From a virus (lineage: Duplodnaviria > Caudoviricetes), in the IMG/VR virus record IMGVR_UViG_3300004213_000001, positions 1 through 61,687 of that record: a stretch of 61,687 nucleotides of DNA; one strand, given 5' to 3'. Every line of letters begins with the position of its first letter. Position 1 is the stretch's first letter. Positions 1 to 9,392 of this stretch are shown piece after piece. The notes beneath the pieces are model-generated. The model was not told the origin of the DNA and did no database searches. It worked only from the letters and a program-made list of their open reading frames with translations. The translations under genes and the position numbers were made by a program.

Positions 1-60
1 CCCGCCCGCCCCTCGCGGCGTCCCGCAGGGCGCTAGTCGCCCCCTCGTTGATCAGGAGGC
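1..60. repeat. Terminal direct repeat copy 1 (circular assembly overlap)
   Basis: Identical to 61628-61687. Confidence 0.95.
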
Positions 61-148
61 GCTTGCTCAGCGCGAGCCGTGCGTAGCCAGTGGTCTCGCC
101 GGGGTCGAAGCAGGCCAGGATCAGACGACCGCGCTCTCGGTAAGCCAT
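1..148 (-). CDS. RuvC-like Holliday junction resolvase, N-terminal part (continues at 61627-61158)
   Basis: ATG at 148 gives MAYRERGRLILACFDPGETTGYA (RuvC hhxDPG motif); reads in frame through the terminal repeat into ORF 61158..61628. Confidence 0.75.
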   Translation of the reverse strand, partial: MAYRERGRLILACFDPGETTGYARLALSKRLLINEGATSALRDAARGGR

Positions 149-600
149 TCCTTGATCACCGCCCCCGCGAGGTCGAACTCCCGGAGGACACCCGCGTGGA
201 TGATCATGAGGCGGTAGTCGATGGGGTGGTAGTCCAGGTCGAAGGTGCTGGCCGCTGCCCCGGCCTGGCGGTCGTCCTCGGCGGTACGGCGACCCGGCCC
301 GCTCTTGAGGGGCGGGTGGCTGTGCCAGACCGCCGTGAAGGGCAGCCGGTTCTCCTCCAGCAGGCCCACGTCCTCCGGCGCGATGCGGAAGTGCCGGTCG
401 GGCCGGTCGCTGCGGTTGGGTAGCCTCAGGAACAGGCAGCCACGGCTCGGGTCACCGATCACGACGCCGCAGGACTCCGTCGGAGCCAGCGACAACTCTC
501 CCAGGGTCGCGGAGTCGGTGATGATCTGCACCTGCGGGGAGGCGAAGACCGGGGTGGGCAGTCGATCCACGAAGTCGGTGTTGAAGTTGATCAAGGTCAT
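121..600 (-). CDS. JAB/MPN (JAMM) domain protein
   Basis: Start at MTLINF; ESCG...WHSHP...AEDD resembles JAMM E-xn-HxH-xn-D. Confidence 0.7.
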   Translation of the reverse strand: MTLINFNTDFVDRLPTPVFASPQVQIITDSATLGELSLAPTESCGVVIGDPSRGCLFLRLPNRSDRPDRHFRIAPEDVGLLEENRLPFTAVWHSHPPLKSGPGRRTAEDDRQAGAAASTFDLDYHPIDYRLMIIHAGVLREFDLAGAVIKEWLTESAVV

Positions 601-1160
601 CAGTTGCTCATCCCTTCTCGGCTCGCCTTCTCGGCGGCCTCGATGTAGTTGTCCGTCTTGGTGACCCAGGGCAGCCGGGCTGAGTCGTAGCCCCGGCGCG
701 CCCCGGCCTCCTGGTAGCCGAGCCCGACGATGCCGAACTCCTCCATGGCCTTCATGAAGCGCCGCCAGGTCTTCTCGTCCATCTCCACCCCGAGGTAGAG
801 GTGGCCGTGTCCGCTGGTGCTGCTGGGCACGTAGGCGTGCTCGCAGTCCAGGTCGAGGATCGGGTAGAACCTGCCCTCCCGGATGGCGCTTTCGCTGGTG
901 ACGATGTTGGCCGAGTTGAGGTCCTGCTCCTCGTCGCGGGCATCCTCGTCGAACCAGGCCTCGTCTGTCAGCGACTGCTCGCTGTCCTTGGCGAAGTCGG
1001 TTACCTTGCGCCACTTCCGGAGGCTGATCTGTCGGGCCAACTCCCGGTAACCCTGCTCACGCGGGCGCTTGCTCATGATCATCGCCAGAGCGGCCCCGAA
1101 GATGGTCTCCTTGGGCACACCGCCCAGATGGCGGTTGAAGATGCGGTCTCCTGCAGCCAT
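600..1160 (-). CDS. Hypothetical protein with AEP/PrimPol-like motifs
   Basis: Start at MAAGDR; PILDLD and SSTSGHGHLY resemble AEP motifs I and II. Confidence 0.5.
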   Translation of the reverse strand: MAAGDRIFNRHLGGVPKETIFGAALAMIMSKRPREQGYRELARQISLRKWRKVTDFAKDSEQSLTDEAWFDEDARDEEQDLNSANIVTSESAIREGRFYPILDLDCEHAYVPSSTSGHGHLYLGVEMDEKTWRRFMKAMEEFGIVGLGYQEAGARRGYDSARLPWVTKTDNYIEAAEKASREGMSN

Positions 1161-1162
1161 GA

Positions 1163-2128
1163 TCACTTCTCCCTTGCAGCGGTGGGGTCGAGCATCCACT
1201 CGGCCGGGTCGATGGCGGGCACGACCATCTGCTGGTGCGAGTCCAGCAGCGGCAGGTGCCACTGGTCGCCGGGCCGCCCGTGCTCGCTGTTGGCGTTCAC
1301 CCGGCTCTTGATCTTGCACGCCCGGTCGAACGTGGCGTTGAACTCGCACTTGCCGGTCAGGTAGCACACCGGGCGGAAGAGCGACGCCATCTGCTGGAAT
1401 TCCCACGAGTCGCTGACGGCGACGTTGGGCACGTAGCCGCCCGGCACCGGCGTCTCGTAGCCGTGGATGGCCCGGATGATGCCGTCCCAGACCTGCCGCC
1501 ACTCGAACTGCGCCTGCGTGCACAGCCGCATCCCGCCATGATCCTGGAGGCCCCGGAGGTTCGTGACGTAGTGCAGCCGCGTCGTGATGTTGTGGGGCAG
1601 CAGGCCCCGCGCATCCTCAGCGGGCACACCGTTGTCGACGAGCGCGTGGTAGGCGTCATCCACGCCGTTGACGGCCCGCCGCCAGATGATCACCCTCGGG
1701 TCGTCCTTCTCCAGCCCGATGAGGCTGGGCGGCAGAGCCACGTCCTCGTCGATGGCCTCCTTGACCGCGAAGCGCAGCGACTCCTGCGCGTACACCGCCG
1801 TCCGCTGACGCACCATCTGGTGCGTGAACGACCGGGTGACGCCCTCGATCATGAAGTGCAGTTGCACGCTCTCGAAGGGTGCCTTCAGGTGCGTCTTCTT
1901 GATCTGCTCGAAGTAGTGGAGGCGCTGCTCCCTGGTGACGTCGGCCAGGTCGCGCACCACCTTGCCCTCGTACATCATGCTCATCGCGGCGATGGCTGCG
2001 AGGGGCTGCGGGGTGGCGTTGAGCAGCGTGACACGCGGCCCCTCCACGTTGACGTCGAAGGGCATCTCCTCCGCCTCGTACATCGCCCGGTCCGCCCAGC
2101 GGACGACCTGGCCCTCGTTGTCGGTCAT
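1163..2128 (-). CDS. thyX: Flavin-dependent thymidylate synthase, variant
   Basis: GVTRSFTHQMVRQRTAVYAQESLRF (RxR-x7-S), EDARGLLP, RLCTQAQFEW. Confidence 0.85.
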   Translation of the reverse strand: MTDNEGQVVRWADRAMYEAEEMPFDVNVEGPRVTLLNATPQPLAAIAAMSMMYEGKVVRDLADVTREQRLHYFEQIKKTHLKAPFESVQLHFMIEGVTRSFTHQMVRQRTAVYAQESLRFAVKEAIDEDVALPPSLIGLEKDDPRVIIWRRAVNGVDDAYHALVDNGVPAEDARGLLPHNITTRLHYVTNLRGLQDHGGMRLCTQAQFEWRQVWDGIIRAIHGYETPVPGGYVPNVAVSDSWEFQQMASLFRPVCYLTGKCEFNATFDRACKIKSRVNANSEHGRPGDQWHLPLLDSHQQMVVPAIDPAEWMLDPTAAREK

Positions 2129-2706
2129 CAGACGACCTTCCCTCCGTGGCGGTGACCACGGGTCCTGTTGTAGTTGATCTTCTCGCGGACGACCTCGTCC
2201 GGGTTGATGCCGTATCGGTAGCACGTGTCCAGCGCTCGGATGATCACGTCAGCGATCTCCGACGGCACTCCTTCGGGCTTGTTCGGCACGACCGCACCGT
2301 CCTCCCAGGCGTGCCGCAGCGGGTCGGGCCGGGTGGGCTGCGACGTGAAAACGGGACTGCCGTTGCCAGGGCGGCTGTAGTAGCGCATCGAGGGGTCGCC
2401 GTTGTAGCGGTAGGCCTCATACGCCTCGCTGACTTCGGTGCCGAGCAGGGCGATGTCGTCGCTGAAGGCGCGGCTGCTCTCGAACCAGCCGTTCGCCAGG
2501 TTCACCTCGGTGATCTCGGCCGCCAGGGCGCTGAGCGGCCCGACCTCGGCCAGAGGGGCCTGGTCGGGCTGCTCGGGGCTCTGAGGCACGTCTGAGGGCC
2601 AGCGGTTGCCGTCCGGGGCCAGACACGGCCCCAGCCCGTGCACGGCGCAGGTACGCGGGTACGCCTCTGCACCTTCCAGCCGGAGTTCTACGTTGCACTT
2701 CGCCAT
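2128..2706 (-). CDS. MazG-like NTP pyrophosphohydrolase
   Basis: IALLGTEVSEAYEAYR...EGVPSEIADVIIRALD...KINYNRTR..RHGGK. Confidence 0.8.
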   Translation of the reverse strand: MAKCNVELRLEGAEAYPRTCAVHGLGPCLAPDGNRWPSDVPQSPEQPDQAPLAEVGPLSALAAEITEVNLANGWFESSRAFSDDIALLGTEVSEAYEAYRYNGDPSMRYYSRPGNGSPVFTSQPTRPDPLRHAWEDGAVVPNKPEGVPSEIADVIIRALDTCYRYGINPDEVVREKINYNRTRGHRHGGKVV

Positions 2707-2975
2707 CAGAGCGACACCTCCCGGAGGGGCGCGCCCTTGCTGTCCGCCAGGCAGCAAGGGCACTTGTCGACGCGGGTGGGCTGGATCAGCGCGGTGCGGT
2801 GCAGATGCCCGCACCCGTCGCACGCCTGCCGCTCCATCAGCGTGACCGAGAGGCTGGCCTCCGCCTGCATCGGCTTGCCGCTCGGGAACTGCGCCCACCC
2901 TCCCCTCGTGCTCTCGACGAACCGGTGCGTCGGGATGGTGTTCTGCACCGTCGGCGGTATCTTCGAACGTGGCAT
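2706..2975 (-). CDS. Hypothetical Zn-ribbon protein
   Basis: CDGC...CPCC; translationally coupled to the downstream gene. Confidence 0.6.
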   Translation of the reverse strand: MPRSKIPPTVQNTIPTHRFVESTRGGWAQFPSGKPMQAEASLSVTLMERQACDGCGHLHRTALIQPTRVDKCPCCLADSKGAPLREVSL

Positions 2976-2978
2976 GGT

Positions 2979-3161
2979 TCAGCCTTCCTGGTAAGCGTTC
3001 AGCGCCTGAGAGAGCGCTGCCTGTTGCGTCGGCGAGACACCGTTACGGCTCACCGAACGAGGCCCCAGCGTTGCACATGCCCACAGCCAGCGACCAGTGA
3101 TCCGGCTCTGTCGGATGACTACTGGACGAGGCCGCCTCGGTGGGTTCCCGATCGGCTTCAT
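2979..3161 (-). CDS. Hypothetical protein
   Basis: MKPIGNP start overlaps SDR stop (TGATG). Confidence 0.55.
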   Translation of the reverse strand: MKPIGNPPRRPRPVVIRQSRITGRWLWACATLGPRSVSRNGVSPTQQAALSQALNAYQEG

Positions 3162-3835
3162 CACTGCTCCCCGGCGTCGAGTCGGATCGTGGAGCCGTTG
3201 TAGGCCATGCCAGAATGCCGCAGATCGCTGACGATGGCGTCGGCTACCTCCCGCACCTTCAGGCCGTTCTCGGCCCCGACCATGCGGGACTGAGCAGGCC
3301 CAAAGACCGCCTCGGTGGCCTGCGTCATCGGGGTGCCAGCCAGCAGGCCCAACTCGTAGGCGTAGACGAGAGGCTCGCCCGCCCACTCCCTTGCAGCACA
3401 GCGAACCGCCATCGAGAGCGCGGCCTTGCTGGAGCAGTAGCCGAGCGAGTTCCGCCGGGCGATGTGCGCGCTGTTGCTGCTGATGAAGATCAACTTCTTC
3501 ACCCGTGGGCAGGAAGCCACCGCCTCCATCAGCAGCGCCGGGCCGAGGAAGTTGATCTTGGTCTGCTGGGCCACGTCGGCATACCAGCCCGGATCGCCGA
3601 TGGGCTTGGTGCTCAGGTTGACCCCGACCGTGCAGATGATCACGTCGGGGTTGACCAGGCTGATCACGTGGTTGATCATGTCCGGCTCCAAGATGTTCAA
3701 CTCGTGCATCTCGTCGCCGCTCACCCCTGCGGTGATCACGAGGTTGGGCGGGGAGTTGTGGTGCGGCAGCGTGAACTGCCGCCTGATCTCCGCTCCGAGG
3801 CTGCCCCGGCGGGCACCGATCACCAGCGCGATCAC
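3161..3835 (-). CDS. Short-chain dehydrogenase/reductase (SDR)
   Basis: ALVIGARRGSLG Rossmann motif, ISSNS, catalytic YCSSK, C-terminal NGSTIRLDAG. Confidence 0.85.
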   Translation of the reverse strand: MIALVIGARRGSLGAEIRRQFTLPHHNSPPNLVITAGVSGDEMHELNILEPDMINHVISLVNPDVIICTVGVNLSTKPIGDPGWYADVAQQTKINFLGPALLMEAVASCPRVKKLIFISSNSAHIARRNSLGYCSSKAALSMAVRCAAREWAGEPLVYAYELGLLAGTPMTQATEAVFGPAQSRMVGAENGLKVREVADAIVSDLRHSGMAYNGSTIRLDAGEQ

Positions 3836-4509
3836 GAGCCCGACTCCGGGAAGTTGCTCTCGCCGCTCCAGCCATCGCTCATGCGCACGGGCTCGATGTG
3901 GTGCTCGGCGCGGCGCTTGTCGCGCAGGTTGACGCGGGGCTTCAGGTAGACGGGCAGGTGGATGTCGGGGTGCCGCCAGTACGAGAAGGCCCCGTAGGTG
4001 CTCAGGCACTCCTGCACGAAGATGAAGCCCGCCCGGCCCAAGATCAACTTCTCGGCCTCGTACCCCGCGATGCCGGGGATGCTGGGCTTGTAGGAGACGT
4101 GCATCGGCAGGCAGGCCCCGTCCTCCTCCATGTCCAGGGCCTCCAGCGCGTCGATGTGCGCCGGGCTGATGCCGCTGTCGATGCTCATGGCCTCGATGCG
4201 GAACGGCACACCGGTCGGCTGGAGGAACCGGTACGAGACCTCGTACTTCCCCGCCCACTGAAGCGGCGGGAACGTCAGGTCCTGCGGCTGCGGGTGGTCG
4301 GTGGCGAACCAGGCCGTGTCCCGGCTCATGTTGAAGAAGATGCCCTTCTGGGCCAGCACGAAGTCCAGCGCGGCGTTGCTGGCCTCGTCGAAGGTCGCGT
4401 AGGCCACCGCGACCTCGTCGTACTCGCGGGTGCCGATGATCGGCTTGGCGAGCGACTGCATCTCTGACCAGAGGTTCCAGCAGACGTCCACATCGAGTTC
4501 GGTCATCAT
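3832..4509 (-). CDS. Hypothetical protein, possibly VOC/glyoxalase-like fold
   Basis: Coupled between DnaE and SDR; DEVAV...RIEAM...MHVSY pattern loosely like VOC proteins. Confidence 0.45.
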   Translation of the reverse strand: MMTELDVDVCWNLWSEMQSLAKPIIGTREYDEVAVAYATFDEASNAALDFVLAQKGIFFNMSRDTAWFATDHPQPQDLTFPPLQWAGKYEVSYRFLQPTGVPFRIEAMSIDSGISPAHIDALEALDMEEDGACLPMHVSYKPSIPGIAGYEAEKLILGRAGFIFVQECLSTYGAFSYWRHPDIHLPVYLKPRVNLRDKRRAEHHIEPVRMSDGWSGESNFPESGS

Positions 4510-7500
4510 TTCTTGATTACCCTTTCCGGGTTGATCACGTAGAGTTCGGTGGCGTAGATCGCCCTCCGATACTCACTTCTCTTGTAGCCCCTGATCAGGA
4601 TCATTTCGTTCTTGATGTCCATGTTCCAGATCAGATCTTTGTAGCGTTCGTAGAAGCCGCCCCACCGGGGCAAGGTGACGACCAGAGGGCCGGTCTCGTC
4701 TTCACCAGTGAGTACAACATAGTTGACGTACTCGGGCTCCCTTACCGTTTTCGGGTCCAGTTCCTCTCCAGTTCTCGAGCGGTGCAACTCGTAGATATCC
4801 TTGAGGTTACGCTCTCGAATCATGCCGAGCCAGGTGTGCTCTCCACGAATGGCCTCGTAGGGCACGTCCTCACTGCGGCTGCCCGGGAAGGGCAGCCCCT
4901 CACCTTCGCCCTCCTCCCATAGCCATCGGCGCACCGCCGACATCTTCTCCTGCAGCATCAGGATTCCGAATGGGTCCTCCTGCTCGCAGAACTCCGTGAT
5001 CTTCCGAATGGTGACCGGGCCGATGCCCTTGATCTCCAGGAAGTCTTTCCACTCCCAGGTCAAGTCAAGCGAGGCCAGGTTGTCCCGGAACTCGATGATC
5101 AATCGGGCGGTCTTCTCGCCGATGCCCTGCAACTGCTCGAAGCCCGCCTGAAGCCCACCGTCGCGGATCGACCACGTCATGCCCGAGTGCTGCGGGTCGG
5201 GCGGATAGATGGGGATGCCCTTGGCATAGGCCTCCTTGAGGAGGTCAAAACCCTTCGTCTTCGGGTCGTACTTCTGCAGCGCAGCGCAGTAGAACTCCAG
5301 CGGGTGGTTCTGCTTCAGCCACATCGTCCAGTAGGCGAGCATTCCGTACGAGACGCAGTGCGCAGCGTTGAAGGCGTACGCACCAGCCGTCACGAGTTGC
5401 TTCCAGACCTTGGTGGCCTTTACCTCCCCGAGCCCGTTCTCGGCGCAGCCGGTGATGAACTTGCTCATCATCCTGTTGAACGCCTGCTCGCCCTGCTTCT
5501 TGCTGATCAACTTCCGAATCAGCGCCGCCTCTTCCCAGGTGAAGTTCCCGAGGCGACGCACCACCTGGAGAATCTGCTCCTGGTAGACGATCTGCTGATT
5601 GGTGTGCGCAGTGATCTCGCCCACGACCGGGTGGAGAATCTCGGCATTCTTCTTGCCGTGCTTGACCATGATGTACTCGGCCGCTGCGCCGGAGTGCAGC
5701 GGGCCGGGGCGGCTCAGCGCGTTGATGTCACAGATCTCAGCGAAGTTGTCCGGCTTCACCTCGCGGTTGACGGACCGCATGGCACGCCCGTCGAACTGGA
5801 AGATGCCGACCACCTCGTTATTCCGGAAGCCCTCGAACACCTTCTCCTCGTCGAGGGGCACCGCGTACAGGTCCTCTAGGGTGAACGGGGTGTGCTCCCG
5901 GATCATCTCGATGCAGCGGTTGATCATGCCCATCGTGGTGAGGCCCAGGATATCGATCTTGAGGGCGTTGATGTACTCGGCGTCATGCTTGTCGATGCTG
6001 AGCACGTTGCCCATCTCGCCAGTCTTGCGGTCCACGCGGCTGTAGACGGCCACTGAGTCGGTCAGAGGCTCGTTCGCCACCACCAGGCCCGCCGCGTGCA
6101 CACCGAAGCCCTTGAGGTTGCCCTCGAGTCGCTGCGCCTGGTAGAGGGCGGGGTACTTCTCGAACACCTCCTTCACCTTCGGGAACATGGCGATCGTGTC
6201 CTCGATGGTGGCGTTGCCCCGCAGGTCGCCAGAGGCGCGCTCGATGAGCATGTCTTTCACGACGGCCACCGCGAAGGGCGGAATGTTGTGCACCTTGGCC
6301 GTGTCGTCAAGGCTGTTCTTGCCCCGGTAGTTAGTGAAGGTGCCGATGTTGCCGACGTGGTCCTCGCCGTACTTATCCACGAGATAGTCGCGAATCTTGT
6401 ACCGCTGGTCATCGTCGAAGTCCAGGTCGATATCGGGGAGGTCGTGCCGGTTGATATCGATGAACCGCTCGAAGAGCAGGTTGGGGAAGGGCTTCGGATT
6501 CACCTCTGTGATCCGGATCAGCCAGCACACGAACGACGCTGCGGCGGAGCCACGGGCGGGGCCGACAGGAATGCCCGAATCCTTGGCGAATCGAACCACG
6601 TCACCCACGACCAAGAAGTAGTCCATGAACTCCTTGATCTCAATGAGGTCAAGTTCCATCTTGACCCGCTCCTTGGCCCACTGGATGTCCGCCGGGGACC
6701 AACGGTCAATCTGGCGGTACTTCCAGCCCTTGCGAATCTCCTCGCGGAGCATGGACTTGGCGTCGCTCTCCCCGGGGAAGGCGAGTTCCCGCAGTCGGGG
6801 CAGTTCCACGTCAATCCGGCTGGCGATCTCGCCCGACTGCCGCACCGCCCGCTCGGCCTGCCGACCGGTGAGGCCGGTGGCCTTCAACTTCCGCCAGATT
6901 TCGGAGTCGGTGAACATGGTCATCGGGATGTTGTATTCCCACCCCTGCGCCTGCTTCTCGACCGAGCCCTTACCACGGTCGATGGCGTGGATCATCAACT
7001 GCATATCGTTATCCGAGGCGAGCGGATAGTGCACGTCTCCGGTCGCGACGTAGTTGACGCCCATCTCTTCCGCGAGTTGCACATAGGCAGCGTTGATCGC
7101 CTGCGTGTTTTCCAACTCGGGGAAGGACTGCATCTCCAGGTAGTACCGGTCGCCCAGCAGATCGCGGAACTTGGCGATGGTGCGGCGGGCCTCTGCGATG
7201 TCGGGGTCGTGGAGGTCCCGGCCCTTGCCGCCCAGCAGGTCCGTAGCCAGTTTGGAGCCCGTGCAGCCGCTCAGCACGATGAGCCCCTCGTTGTGCTCGG
7301 CCAGCATCTCGCCGCTGACGGTGGGCTCGTAGTAGAAGCCCTCCGCCCAGCCCCGAGAGACGATCCGGTAGAGGTTCCGTAGCCCCTGAAGGTTCATCGC
7401 CAGCACCGTCAGGTGCCACTTGTATCGTCCCGCGTTCTCTCCGACCGACCCGGTGTAGAGTTCGCATCCGAAGATGGGCTTGATGCCGACGGCCTTACAG

Positions 7501-7661
7501 GCCCGCTCCAGTTTGACGTGGCTCGTGACGTTGCCGTGCTCGGTCAGCGCCAGGGCAGGCATTCCGAGTTCCACCGCTCGGGCGACGTGCGCCTCCGGCG
7601 TGCCGTATCCGTCCTGATAGGAGAAGGTCGAGTGGTGGTGAAGGCTAACGAAATGAGTCAC
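4506..7661 (-). CDS. dnaE: DNA polymerase III alpha subunit
   Basis: PHP domain (LHHHSTFS, ALTEHGN, GDVHY), GPARGSAA, DLPDIDLDF, HAAG, KIDILGL, YAFNAAH. Confidence 0.95.
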   Translation of the reverse strand: MTHFVSLHHHSTFSYQDGYGTPEAHVARAVELGMPALALTEHGNVTSHVKLERACKAVGIKPIFGCELYTGSVGENAGRYKWHLTVLAMNLQGLRNLYRIVSRGWAEGFYYEPTVSGEMLAEHNEGLIVLSGCTGSKLATDLLGGKGRDLHDPDIAEARRTIAKFRDLLGDRYYLEMQSFPELENTQAINAAYVQLAEEMGVNYVATGDVHYPLASDNDMQLMIHAIDRGKGSVEKQAQGWEYNIPMTMFTDSEIWRKLKATGLTGRQAERAVRQSGEIASRIDVELPRLRELAFPGESDAKSMLREEIRKGWKYRQIDRWSPADIQWAKERVKMELDLIEIKEFMDYFLVVGDVVRFAKDSGIPVGPARGSAAASFVCWLIRITEVNPKPFPNLLFERFIDINRHDLPDIDLDFDDDQRYKIRDYLVDKYGEDHVGNIGTFTNYRGKNSLDDTAKVHNIPPFAVAVVKDMLIERASGDLRGNATIEDTIAMFPKVKEVFEKYPALYQAQRLEGNLKGFGVHAAGLVVANEPLTDSVAVYSRVDRKTGEMGNVLSIDKHDAEYINALKIDILGLTTMGMINRCIEMIREHTPFTLEDLYAVPLDEEKVFEGFRNNEVVGIFQFDGRAMRSVNREVKPDNFAEICDINALSRPGPLHSGAAAEYIMVKHGKKNAEILHPVVGEITAHTNQQIVYQEQILQVVRRLGNFTWEEAALIRKLISKKQGEQAFNRMMSKFITGCAENGLGEVKATKVWKQLVTAGAYAFNAAHCVSYGMLAYWTMWLKQNHPLEFYCAALQKYDPKTKGFDLLKEAYAKGIPIYPPDPQHSGMTWSIRDGGLQAGFEQLQGIGEKTARLIIEFRDNLASLDLTWEWKDFLEIKGIGPVTIRKITEFCEQEDPFGILMLQEKMSAVRRWLWEEGEGEGLPFPGSRSEDVPYEAIRGEHTWLGMIRERNLKDIYELHRSRTGEELDPKTVREPEYVNYVVLTGEDETGPLVVTLPRWGGFYERYKDLIWNMDIKNEMILIRGYKRSEYRRAIYATELYVINPERVIKK

Positions 7662-7846
7662 TTCTTGTTCTTCCTATTCGCTTTCATGAGGTCGCCGTGA
7701 CACATACCGCGACCGCCGTACTTCTTCCAGCCCCACGAGGACCAGAGGTTGCGCTCTTCTTGCGTGCCCGCCAGCCACGAAGCAGCCCGCACCACGGGCG
7801 CTCCGCACACCTCGCAGGCCAGCGGGTTCGTGCGGTGGGCTGGCAC
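7658..7846 (-). CDS. Small Cys-containing hypothetical protein
   Basis: CEVC...GRGMCH; GTG start inferred next to upstream stop. Confidence 0.5.
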   Translation of the reverse strand: MPAHRTNPLACEVCGAPVVRAASWLAGTQEERNLWSSWGWKKYGGRGMCHGDLMKANRKNKK

Positions 7847-8064
7847 TAGAGCATGGCCCGCAGCAGGTAGTTCGAGAGGCACGGCTCGGCGTGGAAGAGG
7901 GTGAAGCCAGGCAGCCCCTCGGCGTCCTCGCCGATGATGCCAGCCACGTCCTCACAGCCCGCCAGCGAGTCATCGCACTCGGCGCACTTCTCCTCGGCGA
8001 TGTCCAGTTCCACCTCCTGAACGCTCTCGGTCTCGAGCATGAACTCGACCAGTGCGTCAGCCAT
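7846..8064 (-). CDS. Small acidic Zn-binding hypothetical protein
   Basis: CAEC...HAEPC; overlaps neighbours. Confidence 0.6.
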   Translation of the reverse strand: MADALVEFMLETESVQEVELDIAEEKCAECDDSLAGCEDVAGIIGEDAEGLPGFTLFHAEPCLSNYLLRAML

Positions 8065-8530
8065 TGTTCACCGACGGCTCGTAGCCCCACTCGTTTTCCT
8101 GACCCAGGTTCAGGGTCATGAAGACGGCCAGGTTGATCAGGTCCTGAAGGGTGTCGCGGACCGACTCGCCGCCCGCCTCCATGATGCGGTCGCCGCGCCA
8201 CAGCATCTCCTTCAGACGGGCCGTCTTGCTCATGATGCGGGCCAGGTTGCCCATCCAGCCCTGCGCCCGCCAGGCGGCCCCGTAGGCCCTGTCCTTGGCG
8301 ACGTAGGTGTTTAAGCAGCCCTCCAGCACGTACACGAAGGCCTCGATGGCGCTGCCGTTGGGCACCAGGCTCAGGTGCCGCTCCTCGCCCCGGTCGTCGA
8401 GCACCCGGACGACCAACTGCACCTTCCCAACCGAACGCGGGTCGCCCTCGCCGGTGCCACGGGCGGCGGCCAGGTCGGCGAGTTGCTCCTCGGTGTATGG
8501 CCTGAACACGAACTGATCCCCTATTCCCAT
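8057..8530 (-). CDS. Nucleotide modification associated domain 1 (DUF1599-like, all-alpha pyrophosphatase-related)
   Basis: KDRAYGAAWR..G..G...RI..K..RL...ESVRDTLQDLINLA. Confidence 0.7.
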   Translation of the reverse strand: MGIGDQFVFRPYTEEQLADLAAARGTGEGDPRSVGKVQLVVRVLDDRGEERHLSLVPNGSAIEAFVYVLEGCLNTYVAKDRAYGAAWRAQGWMGNLARIMSKTARLKEMLWRGDRIMEAGGESVRDTLQDLINLAVFMTLNLGQENEWGYEPSVNNG

Positions 8531-9210
8531 TATCTATTCCTCTTCTCATAGTCAGCGATACGACGCAAGGCTACCTCTTGAGCGCCCTGGAGGTCATAAA
8601 CGGCGAACTCCGATGCGTATCCAGAGTTATGCGGACGACGAATCAGTACCGGGTGGCAGGCATTCTCTTGAGCCTGCGTCAGCAGTTCCGGAATGTCCTC
8701 CAGCACCATCACGATCCGATTGCCGTAGGCCCGAGCCAGATCGCGATACTTGTGCTCGCCGTGGAGAATGCCGTCGTACTGAATTCGATTACGCCGGAGC
8801 CATTCCTGCGTGTCCGGGTCTACGTTCTCCAGCATGAGGAAGGGGCGGGTGGTGCAGATGATGACGGTAGCGCCCGCAGCCCGCACAGCCCGGCTCAGTT
8901 CCGCAGCACCCTCTCGCACCGGCATCGAGCGCTTCAGCCCGCCGCGTCGGTAAGCCATCTTGCACTGCCGGTAACGGGCCTTCGAAACACCCATCCAGCG
9001 GTAGAGAGGAAGTTTGCCGTCGTACTTCTCTCCCTTGTAGATGGAAACACCTGGCATCGGACTTCCGAACCAACCCTCGGCGAACCGAAGGAAGTGGAGG
9101 TGATACTCGCCGAGCGTTCCGTCGATGTCCAGGCCCACCACGGGGCGAGGCATCTCGGTCGCCGGGTCGTAGAGCGCACTGCTGCGGGGAGGGTAGCGGC
9201 GGGCGGTCAT
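8530..9210 (-). CDS. HAD-family 5'(3')-deoxyribonucleotidase-like phosphatase
   Basis: GLDIDGTL (DxD), CTTRP, LEDIP, RPHN. Confidence 0.8.
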   Translation of the reverse strand: MTARRYPPRSSALYDPATEMPRPVVGLDIDGTLGEYHLHFLRFAEGWFGSPMPGVSIYKGEKYDGKLPLYRWMGVSKARYRQCKMAYRRGGLKRSMPVREGAAELSRAVRAAGATVIICTTRPFLMLENVDPDTQEWLRRNRIQYDGILHGEHKYRDLARAYGNRIVMVLEDIPELLTQAQENACHPVLIRRPHNSGYASEFAVYDLQGAQEVALRRIADYEKRNR

Positions 9211-9392
9211 CCGACATCCTTGAGGATAGACGCCCGCTGATACTTCGTCACCTCGTACTTCGAGAGCCATGACCGGCGGTCTCGCTTGGCCTCCTTCTTC
9301 GTCAGCGGCCCGGAGATCACACGGAACTCCGCGCCGGGGTCAGAAGAAGAGCCCTGGTGAAGCCAGGTGACGATGACGAAGTAGTAGTTCAC
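9207..9392 (-). CDS. Hypothetical protein
   Basis: MNYYFVIV start, 4-nt overlaps on both sides. Confidence 0.55.
   Translation of the reverse strand: MNYYFVIVTWLHQGSSSDPGAEFRVISGPLTKKEAKRDRRSWLSKYEVTKYQRASILKDVG

Noticed and set aside
1-60. 60-bp terminal repeat as a biological direct terminal repeat
   Set aside because: It lies inside the RuvC-like gene, which reads through the join, so it is most simply a circular assembly overlap
4506-7661. Intein or intron in DnaE
   Set aside because: Length is normal and no splice-junction or LAGLIDADG motifs were seen
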